Shown here: positions 50,398-64,000 of the stretch, one piece after another | How the letters are laid out: the number at the start of each line of letters is the position of its first letter | How positions within the stretch are numbered: the stretch's first letter is position 1 | Assembly (NCBI GenBank): GCA_951406725.2 | Contig: OX597816.1 | Location: 120,032,001-120,096,000 of the forward strand | Direction: 5' to 3' | From: Octopus vulgaris | Lineage: Eukaryota | DNA length: 64,000 bases | The notes under the pieces: generated by a model | Database searches by the model: none | Told to the model about the DNA's origin: nothing | The model's input: the letters and a program-made list of their open reading frames with translations, nothing else | Program-made: the position numbers and the translations under genes

Positions 50398-52499
50398 CAA
50401 GGAGTGATTTTGAAGAAAATGCAAATTAAGTTCTGTTATAAATGAAATTCCATTAAAGAACACCAGTAAAACATATGGAATTTCAATCTGCATGATTGGA
50501 AATATGCACAGCATTATTAAGAAAATACACACACACAAGCACACAATTTAAGAATTCAATGTAAAGTAGAAGATAGTCATTGATGTGGCTATAATTAATT
50601 TTATATCATGCTTTGTTAGTCATTAAAAAAAATAATATTTGACATATTAAAGCTGGATTGATCAAACTAGTTCTCTTTTCTGTTTTATTATAATTTTTGT
50701 TATATGTGGTACAGGATTATCAAATGTAAAGTGTACGTGCATGCACGCACACACAAAACCCTGCAAAGTAACTTCGGTTGTTATAACTGATGTGGTTAGA
50801 GTAATGCATAAAAAATTATCTCAACAGAAGGAGAAAAATACATAAAAAGCAAAACACATCTTTTGAGATTTTATGCATTTGTGAAAAGTAAAGATTAACA
50901 TGAGAAAATGATACATTTCAATATAAGACACTGAATGAATGCAGTTTTACATAAATAACTGTTAATGATTGTTTTTATAGAGCACTCAATGTCCATAATA
51001 ACAGGTTACTTTCTCATTGACATGACATGAAAAAAGATATTTCCTTCTGTGTAATTTTCTTTGGTAGACAGTTCAAAAGCATGCTACACTTACTAAATGC
51101 CTTCCAGAAATAAGTGAGCTAATTCTGTCCTAACCTATAAAAATCAGGTTTAAAATGTCTGTCCAGGCTTAACAGCATAATAGACTGGAATTATAAATAT
51201 AATCAGATTTGTAATTATAAATGCAGCCAACTGAAATTGATAGGTGTAGGTGGCAAATGAAATGGCATATTTCTGTTATTGAGCCATTCAAATAAATTAA
51301 ATAACAATATTATTCTCTGAGGAAAGTAGTTGTGTAATGATAATCAGCCAGGATGTATACACCCTACAACAGCCTTTTAATACTTTAATACTGAAATATT
51401 TCATTATTTATACTAAACTGTTTATTTTATTTGATTATAGTACACACACACATCACTGATAATTTGGAAAAGCATGTATTCATATATAATTTTCATCAAT
51501 AGTTATAAGCATATCAACTGAACATATAGAACAGAGGTTTTTAAATACTGTGATCCAATCGAAGATCATAACAGAGTGTTACAGAATCTTTTCAAAATAA
51601 TATGTTATTATAATGTTCCAGAGGAATTACATCACTAAATTTTACAGGTGCAGAATCAAATAATATATAAGTTATAAATAATGTAATGATTTCTAAAATT
51701 TTTGTACAAGCGACATAATATAGAAGGGGTTTGATATTGATTTAATTAAACCCAGTTCTTATTGGTAAATATATTTATATGGAAAGGATAAGATGCTAAA
51801 TTGGCCTTAGCAGGATCTGAAATCAGACTGTAAAATGTAACAACTAGACATCATAATTTACTTTTCTGCTACAATACTGCTCTACATTCTAATACTATAA
51901 CAATAATAACTAAAGTTAACACTACCTTCTAGTCTAAGTAGGCTTGTAGTAGAGTTCATTCTGTTACAAGTATTATCATTTGACTTTCCACTGTACTTTC
52001 CTAGATGCTAAAACTGAACTTGGTTGGAAAGTTCTCTCTTGTCATCTTGATTCAGCTTAAACAACCACACATTACTTTCTAATATCACATACACCATACA
52101 TCCTGTTCCTCTCTGAGTCAACCCCTTCCCCCATTTATTTATAGTTTATTTCTGCTGTCCAAGCTATGCTTTGTATTCAAATTTCAAATTTGTATTCAAA
52201 GGTGGTTTCATCTCATATTGAGATTTCACATTCTTCACCTTTCACTTCACTCATACTGTAAAGTAAGAAAGCTACTCTAGCTCAAAAACTTCCTTCTCCA
52301 CTCTTCCAAATACTTCTGCTTTCTCCACTACTCTCTGAACTCTTCCCACCACCTATAACTCACTGACCATTAAGAACATTTATTTCACTCCATCCCTCTC
52401 TGGTGTGATCAGTCACCCTCTGTACTTAATGATTGCTTGTGTGGATTTTGTAAAGCATGATTCCCTTTGTTCCACACTAGCTTAATCTAGTGAAAATAG

Positions 52500-53560
52500 C
52501 GTGACTGTTCACAACATCAGTGAAACTTTTGAGATATCTAAAATGCAAATTTTCTGGCAAAACTGCTGCCTATGGACTCAAGCTGTCTCATTTCTTGGAT
52601 AGGTGGCTTCCTATCCCACCACACTACCATGGTGTGTGCTAATGGTGCTCCCACTTTGACTATGACAATACTAAAAGCAGTGTGCACCAGCATTTGGCTG
52701 TGTTTCCATCTCCACTCATCCTGCTATACATCAATGACCTACTTATCATCACCTCCAACAAAATCTGTCCCTTTGTAGATGATACCATCCTTCATTCCTA
52801 ACCTTCTAAGTTTCATCTATATGCAACCTAGAAACCTCCAACTGAATCTGCACCAATTCTATGAATAGAGATCTCAAAAATATCCTCCAATGGAGTCATG
52901 CCAATCTTGTTTATTTCAACAGCGCAAAGACACAATCACTTCACATATAAAAAAACAAAACAAACTATTTTGTACTCTTACCCCCAAAACATAAATAGCA
53001 TGCAGTGAGAACCTTGTGGTCACTAGAAATGCTTGACCTTAGAATTACTGAAGATCTCTTATAAATGCACATCCACAACAAAGCCAAAACTGCCTTCAAA
53101 AGACTGGTCATCGTCCTCAGAGCCAGAAAATATTTCAGCCCTCATCAACTGCTAACTCTCTACAAGGCTCAGGTCATATTTACAATGGAGTACTCACATC
53201 AGGGACAGTGCTGTTGCTACACATAAACATTCTAGAATGTATCTAAATAAAGGCCACTGGATTGATTGATATAAAGTCACTCATCAACATAAACAATTAG
53301 TACTTTTTCTATAACTACTACAATGGCTTTTGTTACTTGCACTGACAGGTCTCATGCAACCCCCACTCAGACATTTTTGACTTACATATCTATCTTCCTC
53401 CCACTGCCTATATTGTATCCATCCACCTCAGGCCCTGCACTAACTGATATACCCAGTAGCCTCCCAGAAGCTTAGGCATATGGAATTCCTTCTCTGTACA
53501 TGTTTATTCTGCAGTCATTAGCTTACTAATGTCCATGAGTACTATTAACAGCATTCATAC
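52500..53560 (+). mobile_element. Degenerate LINE RT remnant
   Basis: Remnant YINDL, FVDD and LYKAQV motifs across frames with many stops. Confidence 0.55.
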
Positions 53561-56368
53561 TATCAGTCTCAAAAGGCCTGTGAGGATTAGAGGTACTACC
53601 CCTCCCCCTACACCATATAAGAAAAGGGGTGGGGTCTAAATGTTTGAAATAAGTTGTTATTTACATAATTTTCTGGAGTATTGAATTAAAATTTAATGGT
53701 ATACATATAATATTAATATAATATTTACATCGATATTGTGTTTTGATTAGTTCAATCTCTAGTAATCAAGAAAGTTTTATTGAATATGTACTGTGTCACA
53801 TACTTGATTTGAACCTTTGTAAATTAAGTGAAGCATTATCCTTATTCTTTAGATCACTGGTGCAGCTAGTTCTGAGTTTAAATTCAGTATAGGACTACAT
53901 ACCTGTCTAGGAATAAGATACTTTATAATTAGAGATTAAATTAATTGAAATTCAATAGAAATTAGGTTGATAGTCTGCAATATTATAATTTCTTATATAG
54001 GCACAAGGTCAGAAATTTTTGTGGAGAAGTTGATTACATTAACCAGTACTTGACAGGTACTTTATTACATCCTCCCTCCCACCACCTCAGGAAAAATGAA
54101 AGAAATTGACCTTGGAGAGATTTGAATTCAGAATGTAAAGAGCTATAACTAAATATTGCCAAACATTTTACCCAATGCTCTAATGATTCTGCCAATCCAC
54201 TACCCTCTTAATCATAATAATAACTAAATTTTCAAATAACTATTTTTAATTTGTTTTCCAAAAATATCTCTAATGTATTTTAAAATTCATCTAATTTATT
54301 ATTTTTTTCCCTGGGAGAAAAAATAGCCTGATGGAAAATACAAATGTAGTCTCAGTCTGAATTTCTAAATGAGATTATAAAACATTTATAAACCTTTTAA
54401 CTGCAAAATTAAATTTTATGGTTATGCCAACAATAATGTTAAATATCTACCATAAATAGAAGTGGTATTTTCTGCAAGTCATATTACCTCAATAAACTTG
54501 ATATATTTCATCAAAAAACAGTTTCAAATAAAACATTCATTAACAAAAGACAGATTGGTACATATAAAAATGTTGTTAAGAGTAATAACATTTTGAGTGG
54601 TTATATCTAATTTCTACAGTAAAAGTGTTGAGTGCCCATAAGGACTTACCACCAAATCTGAAACATCAGGTTATATTATGTTTTATACCAATCTTCAAAG
54701 AAAACACTGATATAATCATTTGTTGTTTCTTAAAATGTGAGAAACATGCTATTAACATAAGTAATGACATTATTAAAATTTTGAATTTCATCAAGTCTAG
54801 TACTAAATTAAAAAAAGGTTTCACAAATATGATTACAATGAAGGGATTAAAAATCATATGAATTACCAACATAACTTGCATCTATTCTAGCCCATAAATA
54901 GTACATTAAACTTGGAATGTCATTCCTACAAAACTGAAGTAAACTTTACTTTTTTTCTTGTGTTGTCCAACTCTGAATAACCTAATATTTCAATTCTGAA
55001 TGTACATTCTATCTGTGATTACCTCATCAATTATTTTTCTTCTAAAATTTTAATCTTTACTGCTTAAAAAAAGGAAAAATACAAAAGCAGCACCCTTAAA
55101 AATGTCATCCAACTTTTCTCTAAAATCTTTATTCACTAACAAGTTGCAATAAGTAGCTCACTAATATATTGAGTCCCCGCATATCATCTACAATGATTAT
55201 CATAATGATCTATGTTCAACTGAACTTGCTATTTTTATTACTACCACCTAAACTTCCATAGTTCATCGACCCCTCTTCTATATTCAACTCTTTGGCCAAT
55301 TCTATTTTCTCAGAACTGCAACGTTCTTGAATTTATTCTTCACTCATACATCCCTTTCATCAAATATTGACCTGCAGAAGTTAAAGTTAAACATCAACTG
55401 CATTGTCCTTAGTTGTTTGGGCCATGTCCAACCCTATTACTGAGACAATACAATTAAAAGAAATAATTATACTATATAATTTGAGAAGGTAAATATTTAT
55501 GAAGAAACAAAATACTTCACCAATTAAGTTCTTTGACATTTAATACATTACATACAGTGAACAATACATATTTGAATGGGTGCAGTCTTACAATAATCAA
55601 TTCAAAAGTAGTTGGTTCTTTGCTTTTTCATTATCTCTCAGAGAATTCTAAGAGGCTTTTCAGTAAACTTCAGGATGACAAGGAAATTATATTTTGGCTT
55701 GCTGCTTAAACTTAATACAGCATATATTCATGATTTTATAAGTCTTTCAAAGCTTTTATCAGTAGGTTAAAGTTTATCTCTTCGTAAATTACAAAGGTCT
55801 ATAAGGTTAGTAGTATTTAACTCTGGGTTCTGCAACATTAAACAAATGAAAGATAAATCTCATGCAAGTAACTTTCTAAGAAAAGCAATAGTACCTATTT
55901 TCAACACATCAGTTGAATTGATTAAAAACACATGGGCATAAAGCATAAATTTGGGCAATTTATATGCCAGGTTCAAACTACTTCAGAATGAAAGAGAGAC
56001 ATTCTAATTCCAGTACTTAAATTGAATGAACTAAATTATCTAAGACAATCTGCATTTTCAAATAGCTTCTGAAGAATGAAAATAAGATTTGTGTCGAATG
56101 AGTAGAATTAATAAACGAAAATAAATTATAATATTAAATAGTTTGGGTCAGACTTAAAATTGAAAACATTTTTTTTTTTCATTTCATAAATATTTATGAA
56201 AACAAAGTAAGCTTATTCTGCTGAACAGACTTTATTGTTGAAAAAATCTGGTTTAAGAAACTAAATTGAGAATATTTTCTTACTGTTATTTTAGTTCAGT
56301 TTAAAAAATAGACTCCTGTGAGAATGGTGTAACAATGAAAATATTATAGAATCATGTGTTATACTTAC

Positions 56369-56427
56369 GGAAAACTAATGGTATTCCTCCCCGAATAGCT
56401 TTCAAGTTATCAAATATGGCATTTTTA
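56369..56427 (-). CDS. Glucose-6-phosphate 1-epimerase (aldose 1-epimerase family), first exon visible in window
   Basis: ttttacag|...|gtaagt, 59 nt. Encodes (S)KNAIFDNLKAIRGGIPLVF(P), containing the family KAIRGGIP motif. Confidence 0.92.
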
Positions 56428-57404
56428 CTGTAAAAGGAATTTAGATATTTTCATTAATAGTACAATTTATCATTTATATTTTGTTATCATTTCAATAACT
56501 TCTAAAGAAGGAAAAAGAAATAAAAGTTATTATTAATAAGACAAACATGCTGAAGAAAAATCAGCATAACAGATTCTTAATTAGTTAATGGCTTAATGCA
56601 AGATTATACTGAGAAATAAGCACATGACCTGGAAGAAAAAAATGATTCATCTGCTTCAAGATGCAGTTAGACATGAATGATGTTAATTTATATTTTAATC
56701 AAGTGACTGTTATGTTAATCAAACTGCCTAAACTGTCTTTTAAAATGATGGGGATAGCAAAGGATAGAACAAAGTGTTTTATTCAGTTTCAGTGTCTTGT
56801 ATATCAGAGTTCTAATTCCACCTTGGCTGGCTATACCTTTCTTCTATCTATGGTTGAGGAATTCAATACCATTAATATATGAACTGATTCACATAGCTGC
56901 TTACTCTCCACATAAGATGATGAGTTGGTAAAGTTATTACATCAGACAAGATGCCTTATGGTATTTGTTCCAGTTCTCTGCCTTCCAAGTTCTAATCCTG
57001 CAAGGTTTACTTTCCCCTATCCTTTCGGAGTCAGATAAAATACCAGGTCAGCACTGGGGAAAACTTTTCTTCTCTCTCTTACTTTCATTCTCTTTCTCTT
57101 CTCTGGAAAATTAGTTATGCTCAAATCTGGACAGGGAATGGGTTCTGCTAGATTTAAAATACCCAAGACACATCATATGTCATAATGATGATCCTCTGAC
57201 TCCATTAGAAGAAGAATCCAAAGAAAAAAGAAAGATAGTTACCATACAGAAAAAATTGGCACATGTCCCCATCATAATTGTTATTATAAATTTATAGCAT
57301 TGGGCATTTTAGAAATAATTATTAGGGCGGTGAGTTGATAGAATCATAAAATTGACAAATAAAATATGTTGCAGGTCTTGCTTCAAGTGTATGATCAGTC
57401 TTTA

Positions 57405-57607
57405 TTCTTTTACTCTTTTACTCTCATACTTGTTTTGGTCATTTGACTGTGGCCATGCTGGAGCACTGCCTTTAGTCGAACAAATCGACCCCAGGACTTA
57501 TTCTTTGTAAGCCTAGTATTTATTCTATCGGTCTCTTTTACTGAACTGCTAAGTTACGGGGACATATACACACCAGCATCGGTTGTCAAGCAATGTTGGT
57601 GGGACAA

Positions 57608-57662
<55 letters not shown>

Positions 57663-57800
57663 CGACGGGCTTCTTTCTGTTTCCATCTACCAAATCCAGT
57701 CATGAGACTTTGGTTAACCCGAGGCTAGAGTAGAAGACACTTGCCCAAGGTGCCATGTAGTGGGACTGAACCTGGAACCATGTGGTTGGTAAGCAATCTA
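57405..57800 (-). mobile_element. SINE family B
   Basis: Reverse complement of the family B head and body. Confidence 0.7.
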
Positions 57801-57829
57801 CATACATACTCAGTTAACATCCCAATGCA

Positions 57830-58420
57830 CTCTTTTACTGATACAATCATGCTGTATTCTTTTTGCACTAGCTTACTGCATTCATTTAAGTGATGGTTAA
57901 TACTTTTGTCTTCTTGTTCCTAGATTCTACATTTGCTCTCTAACTGAAGTTTATCAATCTTTGTTTTCATCAAATTCATTCTAATAGTTTGTTCCTGAAC
58001 AGTTACAATTAGAAATTCAGTTTCTTGCTATAGGTTTCCAGCTGTCAGCCACAACCAACATTCCTGACTTCCAACATCCTTGATTGGGTGCATGAATTGG
58101 CCATTTAATTCCTTCTCTTTCCAGCTATTTTTCCTTTTGTTCTTCCTTCAGTTCTTGAATTTTCCTACTGTTTCAATAACTTTTTTTTTGATATTTCTAT
58201 AATAGCATTCTTTCTTCAGTGAGTACAACATTTTTTCAAACTCAGTATCTTAATACTAATGGTGTCTTTTGTGTTTAACAATCCTCTTCTCCCTTCCTTT
58301 CATGGTAGGTAGAGCCTGTCAATATTACTTTTAGGGTGGTGTGCATTGTGCATTTTGAGCAGCTTCCTAGTTCTTCTGTTTAATTCCTTTAACTCTGTCA
58401 TTGTCAATTCTAGAACAAGA
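57830..58420 (-). mobile_element. R4/Dong-like fragment (post-RT region)
   Basis: ELKELNRRTRKLLKMHNAHHPKSNIDRLYLP*KEGRRG motif. Confidence 0.7.
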
Positions 58421-58654
58421 GCTGAGTATCTTAATATTGGGTATGGCCTATGTATTCCTTGTTTTGGTAATATTCCCTCCATCATCAATGAAAAAATAAC
58501 AGAGATAATCTCAAACTTGATGTGTGGGATAAAAAAAAACCCCGTTTTTCTAACATCAGAAAACACTTTTATTCATATAAATAGAAATATTCATATCTTG
58601 AGAATTTGAAATGATTCTTCATCAATAAAAACTTTTATACTACATTATTATTAC

Positions 58655-58850
58655 AGTGCAGGTGGCACGTAAAAAGCACCCACTACACTCACGGAGTGGT
58701 TGGCGTTAGGAAGGGCATCCAGCTGTAGAAACATTGCCAAATTTAGACTGGAGCCTGGTGCAGCCTTCTGGCTTCCCAGAACCCCGGTCGAACCGTCCAA
58801 CCCATGCTAGCATGGAGAACGGACGTTAAACGACGATGATGATGATGATC
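58655..58850 (+). mobile_element. Short RTE-tail copy
   Basis: gtgcaggtggcacgtaaaaagcaccc...aaacgacgatgatg. Confidence 0.75.
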
Positions 58851-60189
58851 CCTCAACCATTGTGGGTGTTATGTTCTAAATACCTCTGTGATAGGTGAAA
58901 ATCAGTGAAGTAGAAACAGTACTGTACTGAATATTTAAAAAAATTATTTTTATAATTTGTATCTATTCATTTTATTATAAAGGCAAAAAAAAAAAGAAAT
59001 GGAGGAATCTACATAAACTGTGATATTGCAAGGGTTTACTGTAATTAAGAAACAAAATCAGTGAGAATTCTGGGAAATAAAGTTATGACTTCTCTTTAAT
59101 GCTAGGTACTTTTTTATCATTCTACAGGCCCTTCACTGACTTTTAATCTCACAGGATATTCAATGCATAATCACAACATAACATTTGGGTGGCTGATGTC
59201 ACTTGATTAATTGGTTTTTAAATTGTTTTTTATAAAAATATTTCAGAATAAAGATGTTTTAAATTACTGAGATAATTAGAAATACATGTGCTACTGATTA
59301 AAATATTCATTATATGAATAAATTATAATTAGGGTGATACAACTTATATTAAACTTTATTAAGTTGAGATATATATTTGTAAACAACAATTCAAGAGTGA
59401 AAAATAATGTGCTAATAAGAATGAATATATCTTTTTTCTCATTATTTTTCTTTTTGTCCAGGTAGATACACTAGTTAGTCATTTGTGCCACAATAAAATG
59501 CACCTAATTCGTTCTGTAAACTAGTTGGCAAATGAAATAGAGTTACTGTAAGATAGAGAGGACTCGTTAATCTTGCTGCAGATAAAACATCTTTACTGCT
59601 GATATATGAATAAAATACATTCAGTACATTCTTTAGAGGATGACATTAGAATGGTTATCAGCTGAAGAAATAAGGCCAAAATATGGAATGTACGAGTGAG
59701 ATATAGTTCCCAACCCATTTAGGAGGACAGTAACTCAAAAGAAGAACGAAATCTAGCTGTGACAGCCCAATCAATGCCAATATAAGAATGACGATGTTTT
59801 TTTTATAACCATGTTGTATCAAACTTCTTATACATGCTTTGTGAAATTTGCTTTTTGTATGACAATACATCACCTTTGTTGCTGACGTAACTGCTCTCTG
59901 ATCTTTTTTTTACCACTTCCCTAATCTGGCTACTCAACTTTTATTACAACTACTAATTATATTATTTTGATGAAATATATATATATTTCAAAGCTATGTC
60001 TCGTGAGCCATCTAAGCAGAACAAGGATTTAATTTCACACTGATAACTACTGTGGTAGTTACTTCAGTACACCAAGAAGATCTGAAACCCCAGGTTTCTA
60101 TAACTCTGCTAAGAGACAAAGAGAAAGCAGTATTATTTCACCAAGGGCATAACCATTATCTCACTGTGTACTCATTGTCAAGTTCTTAC

Positions 60190-60680
60190 ATTTGACCATA
60201 CTGATAAATGGTATGAACATGAACCTAGTAAAGCACTAGAAAACAAGAAATATAAGATGTTGCGGGACATTAACATTAAGATGGACAGAATACTAGAAGC
60301 CAGAAGGCCTGATTTAGTAGTAGTGGATAAAGAGAATAGAAAGTGCCAGATAATTGACTTTACAGTCCCAAATGATGAAAAAGTCAATGTAGAGAAAATA
60401 GCAAAGTACCAGGACCTAGCCATTGAGTTACAGAAACTATGGATTTCAACAGATAGATAGAGGAAACAGCCATAAAACCTAGTTTAGTACAGAACTAGAA
60501 AACAGTGTTATTAGGGACAGCTAGGATACTTAGGAGGGTCCTTGGCATCTGAGGTTACTTGTTGTAGTCTGATGTTAGGAAACTTTCTTTTCAAACAGTC
60601 TAATCTGTTGAGTGTATATGAAATAATAATGATAATAATGATAATGATAATAATAACGATGATGATTATGATGATGATTC
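60190..60680 (+). mobile_element. R4/Dong-like non-LTR 3' fragment (restriction-like endonuclease)
   Basis: WYEHEP...RRPDLVVVDK...IIDFTVP...EKIAKYQDL (PD-D/ExK type), then KTVLLGTARILRRVL and a (TAA/TGA)n tail. Confidence 0.8.
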
Positions 60681-60889
60681 TTTCAACAATAGGCACAATT
60701 CTGGGGAAGGAGTCTCGTAGATTATATCAACCCCAGTGCTCAACTGGTACTTGTTTCAGTGACCTCAAAAGGATGAAAGGCAAAGTCAACTTGATGGAAT
60801 TTGCATCCAGAATGTAAAGCTGGAAGAAATGCGTCATAGCAGTTTGGTGTGCTAATGATTTTGCCAGCATACGTCGCCCCTCCTCCTCC

Positions 60890-60928
<39 letters not shown>

Positions 60929-62667
60929 TTTGAACTTTGACACAAGGTTACCCATTTTCCAGGTAGAAAGGGAAGGTCAAAAAATTATTCACCAGCCATT
61001 TACACGTATTTACATTAGTCATTCCAAAATGCTGAAAAACACAGCCTACCCCACTTTGCAACTTGGATTTGAATGAAGAACATGAAAAACATAACTAAAT
61101 ACCACAAAGTACCTAGTCTGACATACTACTGTTTCAGCTAATCATTAATAACAAGACACAACATCAAAAGCCATAGGAACATGATTTGCATTCTTATTAC
61201 TATATTATGCCCAACAGACATATACATTGAAATAAAGGTGGTAGGAAAGCTATTGAAAGTACAATCTTGATTTATTACAGAAAGAATGCAACCTAATAAA
61301 GTATTAGAAATTTTTATTACACTTGTAATCTTTACAAGTTACATTCACCTTTTGTCTGTAAAGGTTATGTTTATTCAAAAGACAATTATTTCATCTTTTG
61401 TTACCTGTATCATTTCAATCCTAAGGTATTCTACTTAACACTAAGCTGATTTATTTTCCCCAAATGACAAATCTCTTTGCAAGTAATTTCTTACTAATGC
61501 TCAGTCTCTAATCTTTTCCCCTTCAATCAAAATATTAATGACACTGATGTCAAAATATCACTTACACATTCAAGTTTAAGATATCCTTTTCAGTTTGCTG
61601 TAAAGACTTTCTTTTTATTATTTTAGCACGATATATATACACATATATAAAATAAAAATTAATCAAGATCAGGAGAACGGTGATTTGCACATCCAAGTGT
61701 TATTACATAGTTAATCCCATTGTTCTTTGTCAAGACCTATGCATGTTTCTGCTGCAATCCAGTGCACACTGTTAAGTGTGCATCTTGGTGTTAATTATTT
61801 GTGCAACTTCGTCAGGTCTAGTGTTGCTGTTGGTCCAATATCACTGAAAGAGAGTAATGAGCTTGACCAAAATTATTCCCTTATGTGGTGTTAGCATTAC
61901 TATAAATAGTCATATATCTTGTGAACTTTATATTACCCTGGCCACTTTGGAATTTATGGCTAGATTTTGTCTTAAAATAGGTCACTGTTCAAGTATATTC
62001 CTATAATTCTTAATTCATATTCTAGCTTACCATTGTACTCATGTAGAACAATATTCTTATTTTTTCAAAGGTATCCAATTTCTATTTGGTTTGTTATTGT
62101 TATGGGTCTATTATTTTCTTGTCATTTTGAAAAATTAATATCTTTCTTACAGTTAATTTTATTCAACTTAAACTTCATTTTCAACTCTCCAAAATTTTAT
62201 CTAGTTTAATTTTGTTTTTTCTATGTTCTAAGTTGCTTACTCTATTATGATTTTCAACATTTTAGGTACCACTTTCTGTTAGTCCTCATTATTTCTCTAG
62301 CATTAATTCTCCTATTGCTTTACAGTTGGTTTTTATCTCTGTTTTGATTACTTACTTTCCCAGTGCACTGGATTGCCGTGGAAATGTGTGTAGGTCTTGA
62401 TGAAGAACTGTATAATAAAACTTGGAAGTGCAAATCTCTGTTTTCCTGATCTTGATTAATTTTTATTATTGTTTTAATCTATGGACCTATGGACACTATG
62501 CAGTCCTTATAAGGACATTAGGATTTACCAAGTGACAATTTACTGAGTATAATAAATTTTAATTAACATGAGTTTCATCAACATTCACTGTGGCTAGCCA
62601 GCATTGATAACTGATAAGAGTGAACATGGTATCTGCTAGGATTATATATCTCCATAAACCGTTTTGG

Positions 62668-62706
<39 letters not shown>

Positions 62707-62719
62707 TATTTATTCACAT

Positions 62720-62990
62720 ACACACATGATCTGATGAATAAGTATTGAGACTGGTGCTCTAAAAAGAAAACTACAACACATGAACAATTCAGCATTTAAT
62801 CTCCTCCAAAGTAGTCTTCTTAAGCCACATACTTTATTCAGCATTGTTTCCATTGATGGAAGCATTTCTGGATCTTTTCTTTTGGAGGATAGCAAGCAGC
62901 TACCTTGTTGCATTCTCTTGTATTTCTTCAACATCTTGAAATCTTGTTGGGGTCTTCCACAGTGAAGACTGAGCCTTAGTTTTGGGGATA
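62720..62990. mobile_element. Possible mariner-like terminal fragment
   Basis: TA-initiated TIR-like tacacatgatctgatgaataagtatt followed by sequence resembling mariner 5' regions; recognition only. Confidence 0.35.
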
Positions 62991-63115
62991 TAGCAATAGA
63001 CCTACAATATATATATATATGTGTGTGTGCGTGTGTGTGCTAACAATGGAAAACTGTCTTCACTAAAAACTGAAAAAGGTATCTTAAACTTGAATTAGTG
63101 ACACACACACACACG

Positions 63116-63168
<53 letters not shown>

Positions 63169-63248
63169 CAATTGCAGCATAGAAGGGGTTTATAAACCAT
63201 TTAAAAACATGCAAAAACCATTAGATTCACTTCAACATTTAGATTTAA

Positions 63249-63298
63249 CTTGTCAAAATACTTTCATTGCTTTGAACCGCGACCTGTTCACTGACAAA
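63249..63298 (-). ncRNA. Second copy of the G3:C8 hammerhead-like motif (degenerate)
   Basis: TTTGTCA GTGAACA g GTCGC-loop-GCAAT GAAA GTAT TT TGACAAG, inside a dispersed copy (~63170-63300) of the 47369 arm. Confidence 0.4.
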
Positions 63299-64000
63299 AT
63301 ATTAATTCCACTTGAGATCAGCTTTCAGACTAAAATGCCTATTTTATAATTTTTTTCTCTGATACCCATTATCCTTCTTACTATCCAAAACCATTTTACT
63401 TGACATCCATCTTTCATTCTTAATATTGTCCCTCTCCACTCAAATTTTACATTGATCACCCTTCTGTGTCATCAAATTATCTTTCCTTCTCCACCACCAT
63501 ACATCTTTCATTCTCTCCATGTGATACATCTACCTCTATTCACAGTTGCAAGAGTGTGAGAGAAGAAGCAGACGTCCCTTTGTCTCAACTTTCTGCTGTC
63601 CAATCTATTTTTATTACTATTTTGCTGCTCTTCACCCCTTTCTGCATAGTCAATCACACATGCTCCCCCCTTCCTTTCCCTAACTCATATGTATCATCAA
63701 CCACCCTTCACAACATCTAACCCTCAACCCTACCCACTCTGTACAGTCAGTACTTTCTCTTCCCTTCAATGTATAGTTATCATTGACCCTTGTTCTTCAT
63801 TTTTTATATTCACCCCTTCACCTATTCACCCCTTCACCCATTCGTCCATCTCTAATCATTCCTCATTCTTCCCATATATTCTTGCAAACCCATTCATACT
63901 CCTTGCTCTCCTGTCCCTAACTCTACTCACATTGTACAGTGAAAACCCACCCAACATATCTATATTACCACTATTCTATCTCCCTTTTCCATTTTGATTA

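Noticed and set aside
56430-64000. Upstream epimerase exon expected to encode a GATxxSW-type motif
   Set aside because: No exon with matching sequence and a phase-2 donor was found; it probably lies beyond the window.

Overview
AT-rich, microsatellite- and retroposon-dense eukaryotic DNA. The SINE and RTE-tail families suggest an octopod cephalopod, but that is inference. Two spliced genes converge tail-to-tail. The last coding exon of separase (ESPL1) is on + at 833-1043. A glucose-6-phosphate 1-epimerase (aldose 1-epimerase family) gene is on -, with eight phase-consistent GT-AG exons from 56427 to 14933; its 5' exon(s) were not found and probably lie beyond the window. The rest is mostly transposable elements: a near-complete CR1-type LINE ORF2, RTE, R4/Dong-like and mariner remnants, non-autonomous Helitrons with a Rep fragment, and several tRNA-derived SINE families. 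The main unexplained signal is a set of type I hammerhead-ribozyme (HHR)-like motifs from at least five unrelated repeat families. All have palindromic, nearly loop-less helix III, and several sit in or next to long fold-back inverted repeats, as in Penelope-like elements and retrozymes. One family appears to carry a swapped G3:C8 core, and one HHR follows a tRNA-like Pol III head. All structures were folded by eye and are untested, and repeat boundaries are approximate.
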